Source: Burkholderiales bacterium (lineage in GTDB: Bacteria > Pseudomonadota > Gammaproteobacteria > Burkholderiales > JAHFRG01). From it: a DNA stretch of 64,000 bases. A program made the position numbers and the translations under genes. The notes under the pieces were generated by a model, which made no database searches, was not told where the DNA came from, and saw only the letters and a list, made by a program, of their open reading frames with translations. The DNA is taken from the NCBI GenBank assembly GCA_035543335.1, contig DASZZH010000036.1:10528-74527 (forward strand). Reading direction: 5' to 3'. Position 1 is the stretch's first letter, and each line of letters opens with the position of its first letter. Positions 55,575-64,000 of the stretch are shown here, in pieces.

Positions 55575-56318
55575 TTAGTCCTGACAATCAATTATTCGAC
55601 CCGAGACGTCTTTGCTTGCCGGACCCATCAGATAGAGATACAGCGGCATCAGGTTTTCGGGCTTGGGCAGTTCTTCCTTGATTTCGCCGGGATGGGTTTG
55701 GGCGCGCTGGGGCGAGGCCACCGGCCCGGGAATCACGCCGTTGATGCGCAAACTCGGCAGCATTTCCCATTCCTCCGCCTGGATTTTGAGGTAGGCTTCG
55801 AGCGCGCTTTTGGCCACCGCAAAACCACCCCAGTAAGCTTTTGGCTTATGTCCATGCGTTTCGCAAGTGACAATTACCGAGGCGTCTGCTGCGGCTTTAA
55901 GCAGGGGCAGGCAAGCGCGGTTGAGCGCAACAGGCGCGGCAAGATTGACGCGCAGGACTTTTAACCACTGTTCCAGCGTTTGCTGGGCAAGCGGCGAGAG
56001 ACCATCCAGATGCGCCGCATTGTGCAGAATCCCATCCAGCCTGCCGAGCTGCGATTTGATGGCTTGAGCCAGCGCTTCAAAATCCTTGCTGTTCGCGGTC
56101 TCCAAATCGAGCGGGAAGATCACCGGCCGCGGATAGCTCGCTTTCTCGATTTCATCGTAGACAGCTTCGAGCTTGTTGACCTTGCGCCCATGCAGAATCA
56201 CTGTCGCGCCATGTTTGGCGAAAGCAAGTGCCGCGGCTCGGCCCAAGCCCTGTCCCGCGCCGGTGACAAGAATTACGCGGTTTTTGAGCAAGTCGGCCGG
56301 CGCCTGATAGTCTCGCAT
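55575..56318 (-). CDS. YciK-like SDR-family protein lacking the canonical YxxxK
   Basis: LVTGAGQGLGRAAA, HNAA, and end-to-end resemblance to E. coli YciK. FAVAK (55809-55823) sits where YxxxK is expected. Confidence 0.8.
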   Translation of the reverse strand: MRDYQAPADLLKNRVILVTGAGQGLGRAAALAFAKHGATVILHGRKVNKLEAVYDEIEKASYPRPVIFPLDLETANSKDFEALAQAIKSQLGRLDGILHNAAHLDGLSPLAQQTLEQWLKVLRVNLAAPVALNRACLPLLKAAADASVIVTCETHGHKPKAYWGGFAVAKSALEAYLKIQAEEWEMLPSLRINGVIPGPVASPQRAQTHPGEIKEELPKPENLMPLYLYLMGPASKDVSGRIIDCQD

Positions 56319-56377
56319 GGTCTGGATGGAAAAGCGCGCCGGCTTGAGGCGCAGCAGGCAGGCTTGGTGCCCGATAG

Positions 56378-57229
56378 CTAGGTGATCCGGCGCACGAAAT
56401 TAGGGAGGGCGAATACCGCCTGGTGGGTATACCCGTTGTAGTAGCGCAGATCGGCGATATGGCGGTCTTTGAGCACGCGCTCGACCTCTTCGGGCGCGAG
56501 CGTCAGCGGGTCGAGGCTGTCGGAAACGCAGGCCATGCCCCACAACGATCCGTAGAGCGGGATATAGACCAGGTAAGGCCGTACGATCCTGAACACTTTT
56601 TTCAGGTTGACGACGTTGTCGCGCACCCGGTCGGGGCGCGAAATCGGCGAGCCGACATGCAGGCTCAACGCGCCGCCGGGATTGAGCACGCGCCGGCAAC
56701 TTGCGAAAAACTCCGCGGTGTAAAGCTCGGTGGCGGGACCGATGGGGTCGGGCAGGTCGAGCGCAATCAGGTCGAAGCGCTCGCGGGTTTCACGGACAAA
56801 AGTCATGCCGTCGGCAAGGTGGAGTTTCAGCCGCGGATCGTCGAAGACGTTCTGGTGCACGGCATGGAAATATTTTTTTGAGATGTCCACGACCGCCTGA
56901 TCCAGCTCGACCAGGATGACGCTTTCGATGCCGGCATGCTTGAGCAGCTCCTCGCTGGAGCCGCCGTCGCCGCCGCCGATAATCAGCGCCTTGCGCGGGG
57001 CGGGGTGGGCGATTGCGGCGGGGTGGATGAGGTTCTCGTGATAGAAGAACTCTTCTTTTTCCGAGGTCATGAAGCAGCCGTCGAGGCGGAACAGGCGGCC
57101 GACTTCGGGCGTGTCATAGACCTCGAGGTGCTGATAAGGGGTGTCGAACTCTTCGAGCTGCTTGCCGGCGCGGTAGAAATAGCCGCAGTTGGCGTTCAGC
57201 CACTCGGTGAGCAGCTTGTCCTCGGTCAT
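56378..57229 (-). CDS. speE: spermidine synthase (polyamine aminopropyltransferase)
   Basis: YQHLEVYDT...GRLFRLDG..MTSEKEEFFYHE...LIIGGGDGGS...DLPDPIGP. Confidence 0.93.
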   Translation of the reverse strand: MTEDKLLTEWLNANCGYFYRAGKQLEEFDTPYQHLEVYDTPEVGRLFRLDGCFMTSEKEEFFYHENLIHPAAIAHPAPRKALIIGGGDGGSSEELLKHAGIESVILVELDQAVVDISKKYFHAVHQNVFDDPRLKLHLADGMTFVRETRERFDLIALDLPDPIGPATELYTAEFFASCRRVLNPGGALSLHVGSPISRPDRVRDNVVNLKKVFRIVRPYLVYIPLYGSLWGMACVSDSLDPLTLAPEEVERVLKDRHIADLRYYNGYTHQAVFALPNFVRRIT

Positions 57230-57603
57230 AGCCGTCCGCGCTGCACGGCCTGGCGAATGACTTCCTTGGGTTTGAACAGCTTCAGTACGTCGTCGAAAAG
57301 CTGTTGCGCCTTGTCGCTGTTGTCGCGGCTGTGGTTGCAGACAAAGACGTCGACCGCCACCGTGGAGGTTTCCGGCCAGGTGTGGATGGCGATGTGCGAT
57401 TCGGCCAGCACCAGCGTGCCGGTGAAGCCGGCGTCGCCGAACTGGTGGAAGAAGTCTCCCAGCACGGTAAGGCCGGCGGCCTTACAGAGCTGGGTACAGC
57501 GCTTTCGCAGCCAGGTTGAATCGGAAAGATGGGTTGGGTCGCACTGATAAAGATCTCCTATCAGATGGAGCCCGCTTAACGTGCTGATGATCATGCTGGT
57601 CAT
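57226..57603 (-). CDS. speH: S-adenosylmethionine decarboxylase proenzyme (small class 1 type)
   Basis: GLHLIGDLY...VLAESHIAIHTWPE (self-cleavage ES site). 4-nt overlap with speE. Confidence 0.9.
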   Translation of the reverse strand: MTSMIISTLSGLHLIGDLYQCDPTHLSDSTWLRKRCTQLCKAAGLTVLGDFFHQFGDAGFTGTLVLAESHIAIHTWPETSTVAVDVFVCNHSRDNSDKAQQLFDDVLKLFKPKEVIRQAVQRGRL

Positions 57604-57665
57604 TTTTCCGCCCCCTTCACTAAAAGGCTGTCAGCCGAAAAACCTACCAATCTGTTCAATCTATG

Positions 57666-58499
57666 CTATACCTCCATCCAAGCCATCCACGCCAACCACA
57701 GCTTGCGGATAGGCGTCAGATCAACACGCCGTCGCAAGATACGGCACCCGTCCTTCCTGATTTCCCGAAGCAGCGCCCGGTTGATTGCCGCCAGCGCGAG
57801 TCTTCCGCGCTGCGCTTTCCGCTCCGCAGCCGGAAATTCAGAAATTGCGCGATTATAACAACTTTCTGCTCTGTCAATAGCAAATTCAATCATTTTTTTG
57901 AAGCCCTCGGTTTCGCGCAAGTTGAGCAGATCCGCCACCGTCACGCCGAAGCGCGCGAGTTCGTCCTGCGGCAGCAGAATACGATTGCGCCGCGCGTCGT
58001 CCCGCACATTCAGAATGACATCGGTAAGACCAAAAGCCAGTCCCAGTTCCTGGGCGCATTTTAATGTGTTGGGGTGGTGAACGCCGAGTATGCGTGCGGC
58101 CAGCCGCTCGGCCACGCCATGGGTAGAGCGGCAATACGCTTTCAGGGAAGCGAAATCGGGATGACGGGTTTGAGCCAGGCCTGTTTCAACGCCGTCAATG
58201 ATTTTTAGGAACTCATCTGGCGGCAAGCCGAATTGCCTGGTGGATGGAAGCAAAGCCTGGGTGATGGGGTGTCGAGCTTGTTTGGAAAAGGCGGCGGCGA
58301 GTTCCTGGCGCCACCATTGCAATTTGATTTTTGCCACCGCCGGGTCGGTGCATTCATGGGCGATTTCCTGGATTTCCCGGAAGCAGGCGAAGAGGGCGGT
58401 GAGCGCCCGGCGCGTGTCTTTCGGAAGGAACAGCACGCTGTAATAAAAACTGGAGCCGCTTGATGCCGCCTTGTCATGGCAGTATTCGTCCGGTGTCAT
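57666..58499 (-). CDS. squalene/phytoene synthase-family protein with a degenerate first Asp-rich motif
   Basis: SSFYYSVLFLPKDTRRALTALFACFREIQEIAHE (expected ..FCR.VDDIVD.) and LGLAFGLTDVILNVRDDARRNRILLP (second motif region). Confidence 0.75.
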   Translation of the reverse strand: MTPDEYCHDKAASSGSSFYYSVLFLPKDTRRALTALFACFREIQEIAHECTDPAVAKIKLQWWRQELAAAFSKQARHPITQALLPSTRQFGLPPDEFLKIIDGVETGLAQTRHPDFASLKAYCRSTHGVAERLAARILGVHHPNTLKCAQELGLAFGLTDVILNVRDDARRNRILLPQDELARFGVTVADLLNLRETEGFKKMIEFAIDRAESCYNRAISEFPAAERKAQRGRLALAAINRALLREIRKDGCRILRRRVDLTPIRKLWLAWMAWMEV

Positions 58500-58656
58500 T
58501 GCGGTGTCCGCTTCAAGCGTTGCGGAGAATGAACCTCAACCCTGCGCCAGGGATCGCAATCGCTAGTCAATTGTCAAATTTATCAATGAATTGGCATGTA
58601 TACTTAAAGTTAAAGCTGGCTATTGCTGACTTAAATATATTAAACTTATGCCTAGC

Positions 58657-58738
58657 GCGAAAGTGGCGGAATTGGCAGACGCACTGGATTTAGGTTCCAG
58701 CGCCGCAAGGCTTGGGGGTTCGAGTCCCTCCTTTCGCA
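58657..58738 (+). tRNA. tRNA-Leu (anticodon UAG), class II with long variable arm; CCA not encoded
   Basis: Acceptor GCGAAAG/CTTTCGC plus discriminator A, D-arm GCG..CGC, anticodon stem CTGGA/TCCAG with loop TTTAGGT, variable arm GCCgcaaGGC, T-arm GGGGG-TTCGAGT-CCCTC. Confidence 0.9.
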
Positions 58739-58788
58739 CATGGCGAAAAGCCTTCTTTATATTCTTGAGGCGACGATAAGGAAGCGAA

Positions 58789-60108
58789 ATGCAGGCGAGT
58801 GTGGAGAATCTGGGTCAGCTGCAACGGCGCCTCAACATGGTGTTGCCACTCGATAAAATCGACAACGAAGTGGAGAACCGCCTGAAGCGCCTTGCACGCA
58901 GCGTCAAATTGCACGGCTTCCGCCCGGGCAAGGTGCCGTTCAAAATCGTCGTCCAGCAATACGGCCCGCAAGTACGCCAGGAAGTGCTCGGCGATGCTCT
59001 GCAAAAAAGCTTCAGCGAGGTGGTGCGCGAGCAGAACCTGCGCGTCGCGGGCTATCCCAAATTCGAAGCCAAGACAGCGCAGGCGGGGGGCCAGCAGTTC
59101 GAATACACCGCGACGTTTGAAGTTTATCCCGAAGTGAAAGTCGGCGAGGTAAACCGAGCCGCCATTACCCGGCCACTGGTGGACATCGGCGATACACAAG
59201 TGGAAAAGACCCTGGAAATTCTGTGCAAACAGCGCGCCACCTACCAAACGGTGGAGCGCGAAGCGCGCGAGCGGGACCAGGTGACCATTGATTTCCACGG
59301 CAAGCTCGGTGAGGAAGATTTTCCCGGCGGTCAAGGCACGAATTTGGCCACGGTGCTGGGCGATAAGCGGCTGCTGCCGGATTTCGAGAAGAAAATTGCC
59401 GGCATGCGGGCGAACGAAACCAAGACATTTGAATTAACTTTTCCCGCGGATTATCATGGCAAGGAAGTGGCGGGAAAAACCGCGGTTTTCGAACTCGTGT
59501 TGAAGCGGGTGGCGGAACCGAAGTTGCCCGAGATGGACGCCGAATTCGCCAGGAGCCTCGGCATTGCTGATGGCGATTTGGAGAAACTGAAACGCGTAAT
59601 CAGGGACAATTTGCAGAAGGAAGCCGGAGACCGCATACAGGCCAGAATCAAGGACCAGGCGATGCAGGCCTTGCTTGATGGCACGCAGGTCGATCTTCCC
59701 CAATCGCTGGTGGAAATGGAAGTCCATCGCCTGATGGACAATGCGCGCCGCGACCTCGAAGCGCGCGGGGTCAAAACCCGGGATCTGCAGCTCCCGCACG
59801 ATCTTTTCGAAACGCAGGCCAAGCGCCGCGTCGCGCTCGGGCTGATTATCTCCGAGCTCGCCAAACTTCACGATCTTCATCCCAAGCCGGAACAAGTGCG
59901 CGCTCGGGTTGACGAGCACGCGCAAAGCTACGAGCACCCGGAGCAAGTGGTGAAGTGGTATTATTCTGAACCAGGACGCCTGAATAACGTCGAAGCGCTG
60001 GTGCTCGAAGACAATGTAGTGACCTGGGTGATGAACCGGATCAAGGTTGAAGAGAAAGCGATGTTGTTTGATGAACTGATGGGAAATGCCAATGACGCAA
60101 AATCGTAG
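58789..60108 (+). CDS. tig: trigger factor
   Basis: [16 protein letters not shown]...GFRPGKVP ribosome-binding motif, an FKBP middle domain, 439 aa. Confidence 0.96.
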   Translation: MQASVENLGQLQRRLNMVLPLDKIDNEVENRLKRLARSVKLHGFRPGKVPFKIVVQQYGPQVRQEVLGDALQKSFSEVVREQNLRVAGYPKFEAKTAQAGGQQFEYTATFEVYPEVKVGEVNRAAITRPLVDIGDTQVEKTLEILCKQRATYQTVEREARERDQVTIDFHGKLGEEDFPGGQGTNLATVLGDKRLLPDFEKKIAGMRANETKTFELTFPADYHGKEVAGKTAVFELVLKRVAEPKLPEMDAEFARSLGIADGDLEKLKRVIRDNLQKEAGDRIQARIKDQAMQALLDGTQVDLPQSLVEMEVHRLMDNARRDLEARGVKTRDLQLPHDLFETQAKRRVALGLIISELAKLHDLHPKPEQVRARVDEHAQSYEHPEQVVKWYYSEPGRLNNVEALVLEDNVVTWVMNRIKVEEKAMLFDELMGNANDAKS

Positions 60109-60721
60109 TGGGGAACCGCAGGGCCTCGGTTTGATCCCGATGGTGATCGAGCAGAGCGGGCGCGGCGAGCGCGCGTACGATATTTACTCGCGCCTGCTCA
60201 AGGAGCGCGTGGTGTTCCTGGTCGGGCCGGTGGATGAAATCACTGCCAACCTGATCGTGGCGCAGTTTTTGTTCCTCGAATCCGAAAACCCGGACAAGGA
60301 GATTTATTTCTACATCAATTCGCCCGGCGGCTCGGTGTCGGCGGGGCTCGCCATTTACGACACAATGCAGTACATCAAGCCGGATGTAAGCACGCTGTGC
60401 GTCGGTCAGGCGGCGAGCATGGGCGCGCTTTTGCTGGCGGCGGGCGCCAAGGGCAAGCGCTTCTGCCTCCTTAATTCACGGGTGATGATTCACCAGCCGA
60501 TGGGTGGTTTCCAGGGACCAGCCTCCGACGTGGAAATCCACGCTAAGGAAATTCTTTATTTAAGGCAGCGACTCAACGAAATCATGGCCAAGCACACCGG
60601 ACAGAACATCAAGACGATCGAGAAGGATACCGACCGCGACAATTTCCTGGGCGGCGAGGAGGCGGTGAAATATGGCATCGTCGACAGGGTGTTGGTGAGC
60701 AGAATTGAAACCACCGCTTGA
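60092..60721 (+). CDS. clpP: ATP-dependent Clp protease proteolytic subunit
   Basis: [37 protein letters not shown] (Ser) and IHQP (His). The start is either ATG 60092 (better spacing to GGGA) or 60086. It overlaps the tig 3' end. Confidence 0.95.
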   Translation: MTQNRSGEPQGLGLIPMVIEQSGRGERAYDIYSRLLKERVVFLVGPVDEITANLIVAQFLFLESENPDKEIYFYINSPGGSVSAGLAIYDTMQYIKPDVSTLCVGQAASMGALLLAAGAKGKRFCLLNSRVMIHQPMGGFQGPASDVEIHAKEILYLRQRLNEIMAKHTGQNIKTIEKDTDRDNFLGGEEAVKYGIVDRVLVSRIETTA

Positions 60722-60757
60722 TGTCTCACGTAAGTAGAGGCGAGGAGGAAACCAGTC

Positions 60758-62026
60758 ATGTCGGATAAAATCGGCGGGGAGAAACTCCTTTACTGCTCCT
60801 TCTGCGGCAAGAGCCAGCACGAGGTGAGGAAGCTCATTGCCGGGCCGTCGGTTTTCGTCTGCAATGAGTGCATCGAGCTGTGCAACGACATCATCCGCGA
60901 GGAAGCGCACGGCGAGCCGGGCGCCAAGCAGGGCAAATCCGATCTGCCGGTGCCGCGAGAAATCCGAAAAATCCTCGACCAATATGTCATCGGCCAGGAC
61001 CTGGCGAAAAAGATTCTGTCGGTCGCGGTCTATAACCACTATAAACGGCTGAAGACCCTCAGCAAGAACACCGACGACATCGAGCTCGCCAAGAGCAATA
61101 TCCTCCTGGTTGGTCCCACCGGTTCGGGCAAAACGCTGCTGGCGCAAACGCTCGCGCGTTTGCTTAACGTGCCTTTTGTGATGGCGGATGCGACCACGCT
61201 GACTGAAGCGGGCTACGTCGGCGAAGACGTGGAGAACATCATCCAGAAGCTTCTGCAGAAATGCGACTACGAAGTCGAGAAGGCGCAGCGCGGCATCGTT
61301 TATATAGACGAAATTGACAAAATTTCGCGCAAGAGTGAAAATCCCTCAATCACCCGCGACGTTTCCGGCGAGGGCGTGCAGCAGGCGTTGTTGAAACTCA
61401 TCGAGGGCACCATCGCCTCGGTGCCGCCGCAGGGCGGGCGCAAGCACCCCAATCAGGAGTTCGTGCAGGTCGACACGACCAATATCCTGTTCGTCTGCGG
61501 CGGCGCGTTTGACGGGCTGGACAAAATCATCCGCAACCGCTCGCAGAATGTCGGCATCGGCTTCGGCGCGGATGTCAAAAGCCGCGACAACCGCAAGGAC
61601 ATCGGCGAAGTACTGCGCGATGTCGAGCCGGAAGACCTGATTAAATACGGCCTGATTCCTGAATTCGTCGGCCGCCTGCCGGTGGTGGCCACCCTGGAAG
61701 AGCTCGACGAGAAGGCGTTGATTCAGATTCTGACCGAGCCGAAGAACGCGCTGCTCAAGCAGTATCAGAAAATGTTCGGCATGGAGGGCGTGGAACTGGA
61801 GGTTCGTGAACTGGGCTTGAAAGCGATTGCCAAAAAAGCATTGGCACGCAAGACCGGCGCGCGGGGTTTGCGCTCCATACTCGAACTGACCTTGCTCGAC
61901 ACCATGTTTGACCTGCCCTCGATGGAGAACGTGGCCAAGGTGGTGATCGATGAGGGCGTGATTAACGGCGATATCAAGCCGCTGCTGATGTATTCCGACC
62001 AGTCGAAGGTCGCGGGCTCGATCTAA
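60758..62026 (+). CDS. clpX: ATP-dependent Clp protease ATP-binding subunit ClpX
   Basis: Zinc finger [27 protein letters not shown], Walker [18 protein letters not shown]. Confidence 0.97.
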   Translation: MSDKIGGEKLLYCSFCGKSQHEVRKLIAGPSVFVCNECIELCNDIIREEAHGEPGAKQGKSDLPVPREIRKILDQYVIGQDLAKKILSVAVYNHYKRLKTLSKNTDDIELAKSNILLVGPTGSGKTLLAQTLARLLNVPFVMADATTLTEAGYVGEDVENIIQKLLQKCDYEVEKAQRGIVYIDEIDKISRKSENPSITRDVSGEGVQQALLKLIEGTIASVPPQGGRKHPNQEFVQVDTTNILFVCGGAFDGLDKIIRNRSQNVGIGFGADVKSRDNRKDIGEVLRDVEPEDLIKYGLIPEFVGRLPVVATLEELDEKALIQILTEPKNALLKQYQKMFGMEGVELEVRELGLKAIAKKALARKTGARGLRSILELTLLDTMFDLPSMENVAKVVIDEGVINGDIKPLLMYSDQSKVAGSI

Positions 62027-62062
62027 GTTTAAGCCCGGCCTGGCGGACGGCAGCTTAGGCTT

Positions 62063-62091
62063 CTTGATTTTTAAGGGTGCCGCCCACATAT
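62063..62091 (+). promoter_or_regulatory. sigma-32 (heat-shock)-like promoter candidate upstream of lon
   Basis: CTTGAT (62063-62068), 14 nt, CCCACATAT (62083-62091), compared with the E. coli consensus CTTGAA-N13-15-CCCCATNT. Confidence 0.45.
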
Positions 62092-62123
62092 CGATTTTAT
62101 CTTCTTTCAGGGGTATCAACGAC

Positions 62124-64000
62124 ATGTCTGACCAACCGGTTAACGAACAACGAGCCCTGTACTCCTTGCTGCCGCTGCGCGACGTGGTGGTGTTCCCGCA
62201 CATGGTCATCCCGCTGTTCGTGGGGCGTCCGAAATCCATCAAGGCACTGGAAGCGGCAATGGAAAGCGGCAAGAGCATCCTGCTGCTAGCGCAGAAATCC
62301 GCCGCCAAGGATGAGCCCACCCCGGAAGACATGTACCGGGTCGGCAGTGTCGCCAACATCCTGCAAATGCTGAAACTCCCCGACGGCACGGTGAAAGTGC
62401 TGGTCGAAGGCAGCCAGCGAGCCGTTATCAGCGAGGTGATTGACGCCAAGACCCATTACACGGCGCAGCCGGAGCTCCTGCCCGCCGACAGCGCTGAGGG
62501 CCACGAAATCGAGGCGATGCGGCGCGCCACGCTCAATCAGTTTGACCAATACGTCAAGCTCAACAAGAAAATCCCTCCGGAAATCCTCACTTCGCTTGCC
62601 GGAATCGACAGCGCGGGGCGCCTGGCGGATACCATCGCCGCGCATCTGCCGTTGAAACTGGAGCAAAAGCAGCAGGTGCTGGAAATGTTCGACGTGAAAC
62701 AGCGGCTTGAGCACCTGTTGAGCCTGCTCGAGACCGAACTCGACATTTCGCAGGTGGAAAAGCGCATTCGCGGTCGCGTCAAGCGCCAGATGGAGAAAAG
62801 CCAGCGCGAGTATTACCTGAACGAGCAGGTGAAAGCCATTCAGAAGGAACTCGGAGAGATGGAAGAAGGCGCCGATCTGGATGAAGTCGAGAAAAAAATC
62901 AAGGCCGCGCACATGCCTAAGGAGGCGCGTCATAAAGCCGAGGCGGAGCTTAAGAAGCTCAAGCTGATGTCGCCGATGTCGGCGGAAGCCACCGTGGTGC
63001 GCAACTACATTGACGCCCTGATATCGCTGCCGTGGAAAAAAAGGAGCAAGATCAACACCGATCTCACAGAGGCGGAGAAAATCCTTAACGAAGACCACTA
63101 CGGGCTGGAAAAGGTCAAGGAGCGCATCGTCGAATACCTGGCGGTGCAGCAGCGCGTGGACAAGGTAAAAGCGCCGATCCTGTGCCTGGTCGGCGCTCCC
63201 GGCGTCGGCAAGACCTCGCTTGGGCAGTCCATTGCCCGTGCCACCAACCGCAAGTTTGTGCGCATGTCGCTGGGCGGCGTGCGCGACGAAGCCGAAATCC
63301 GCGGCCACCGTCGCACTTACATCGGCTCGATGCCGGGCAAAGTCCTGCAGAACATGACCAAGGTGGGCGTGAAAAACCCCTTGTTCCTGTTCGATGAAGT
63401 GGACAAGATGGGCATGGATTTCCGCGGCGATCCGTCTTCGGCGCTCTTGGAAGTGCTGGACCCGGAGCAGAACCACACCTTCACCGACCATTACATCGAG
63501 GTGGAATACGATCTTTCCGATGTGATGTTTGTGGCGACGGCGAACACGCTCAACATCCCGCCGGCGCTTCTAGACCGCATGGAAGTGATACGGCTGTCCG
63601 GTTACACCGAAGACGAAAAAGTCCATATCGCGATGCGCCATCTGCTGCCGAAGCTGATGAAAAATCATGGACTGAAGGCGGAAGAGCTGGCGCTTTCGCA
63701 AAGCGCGGTGCGCGACATCATCCGCTACTACAGCCGCGAAGCCGGGGTGCGTGCGCTGGAACGCGAGATGTCGAAAATCTGCCGCAAAGTGGTCAAAACC
63801 ATGCTGCTCAGGAAGGACCAAGGCAGGATTGCCGTAACCGCGAAAAACCTGGGCAAGTATCTGGGGGTGCGGCGTTACACCTATGGCATGGCCGAGAAAA
63901 ACAACCAGGTGGGCCAGGCCACCGGCTTGGCGTGGACCGAAGTCGGGGGCGAGTTATTGACTATTGAAGCGGTGGTGCTGCCCGGCAAAGGCAAGATGAT
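62124..64000 (+). CDS. lon: Lon protease (5' 625 codons; continues beyond window)
   Basis: Not in the ORF track because it has no stop within the window. Reads [39 protein letters not shown]..., Walker [10 protein letters not shown], ..LFDEVDK.., YTREAGVR-like YSREAGVR. Confidence 0.95.
   Translation, partial: MSDQPVNEQRALYSLLPLRDVVVFPHMVIPLFVGRPKSIKALEAAMESGKSILLLAQKSAAKDEPTPEDMYRVGSVANILQMLKLPDGTVKVLVEGSQRAVISEVIDAKTHYTAQPELLPADSAEGHEIEAMRRATLNQFDQYVKLNKKIPPEILTSLAGIDSAGRLADTIAAHLPLKLEQKQQVLEMFDVKQRLEHLLSLLETELDISQVEKRIRGRVKRQMEKSQREYYLNEQVKAIQKELGEMEEGADLDEVEKKIKAAHMPKEARHKAEAELKKLKLMSPMSAEATVVRNYIDALISLPWKKRSKINTDLTEAEKILNEDHYGLEKVKERIVEYLAVQQRVDKVKAPILCLVGAPGVGKTSLGQSIARATNRKFVRMSLGGVRDEAEIRGHRRTYIGSMPGKVLQNMTKVGVKNPLFLFDEVDKMGMDFRGDPSSALLEVLDPEQNHTFTDHYIEVEYDLSDVMFVATANTLNIPPALLDRMEVIRLSGYTEDEKVHIAMRHLLPKLMKNHGLKAEELALSQSAVRDIIRYYSREAGVRALEREMSKICRKVVKTMLLRKDQGRIAVTAKNLGKYLGVRRYTYGMAEKNNQVGQATGLAWTEVGGELLTIEAVVLPGKGKM

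Overview
High-GC (about 60%) densely coding chromosomal segment. It is most likely from a betaproteobacterium, an inference from gene order (suhB/trmJ-cysE-iscR, tsaB-rimI-udg, tig-clpP-clpX-lon) and protein similarity only. I support about 65 genes, mostly housekeeping. They include mutS, suhB and trmJ, then a chimeric Fe-S biogenesis locus (cysE-iscR-NifS/IscS-like desulfurase-A-type carrier, then sufBCDS-sufU-nfu-Rieske) with four IscR type-1-like boxes. A small accessory patch follows: a secreted Cys-rich orphan, a cation/H+ antiporter with an in-frame TAG, a USP and a SLOG/Mo-carrier-like protein. After that come serB and mfd, a higBA cassette inserted at the 3' end of a three-gene AmmeMemoRadiSam operon, and ispD/ispF/thpR. 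Next are an OprB-type porin with a non-canonical NRAMP transporter, tsaB-rimI-udg, lemA-TPM-TPM, lplT, alr and radA. A 14-kb beta-oxidation supercluster follows, then a small orphan islet, yciK-like, speE/speH, a squalene-synthase-like gene, tRNA-Leu(UAG) and tig-clpP-clpX-lon. The most unusual non-genic signal is a family of long, hairpin-forming MITE-like elements (275, 517 and 397 bp). Each sits exactly between a stop codon and the next start codon inside operons (ispD|ispF, alr|radA, acyl-CoA ligase|thioesterase). The elements share internal modules in both orientations. No CRISPR array, rRNA, transposase or integrase gene was seen. All similarity statements come from reading the translations and recalling family motifs; no database search was run.
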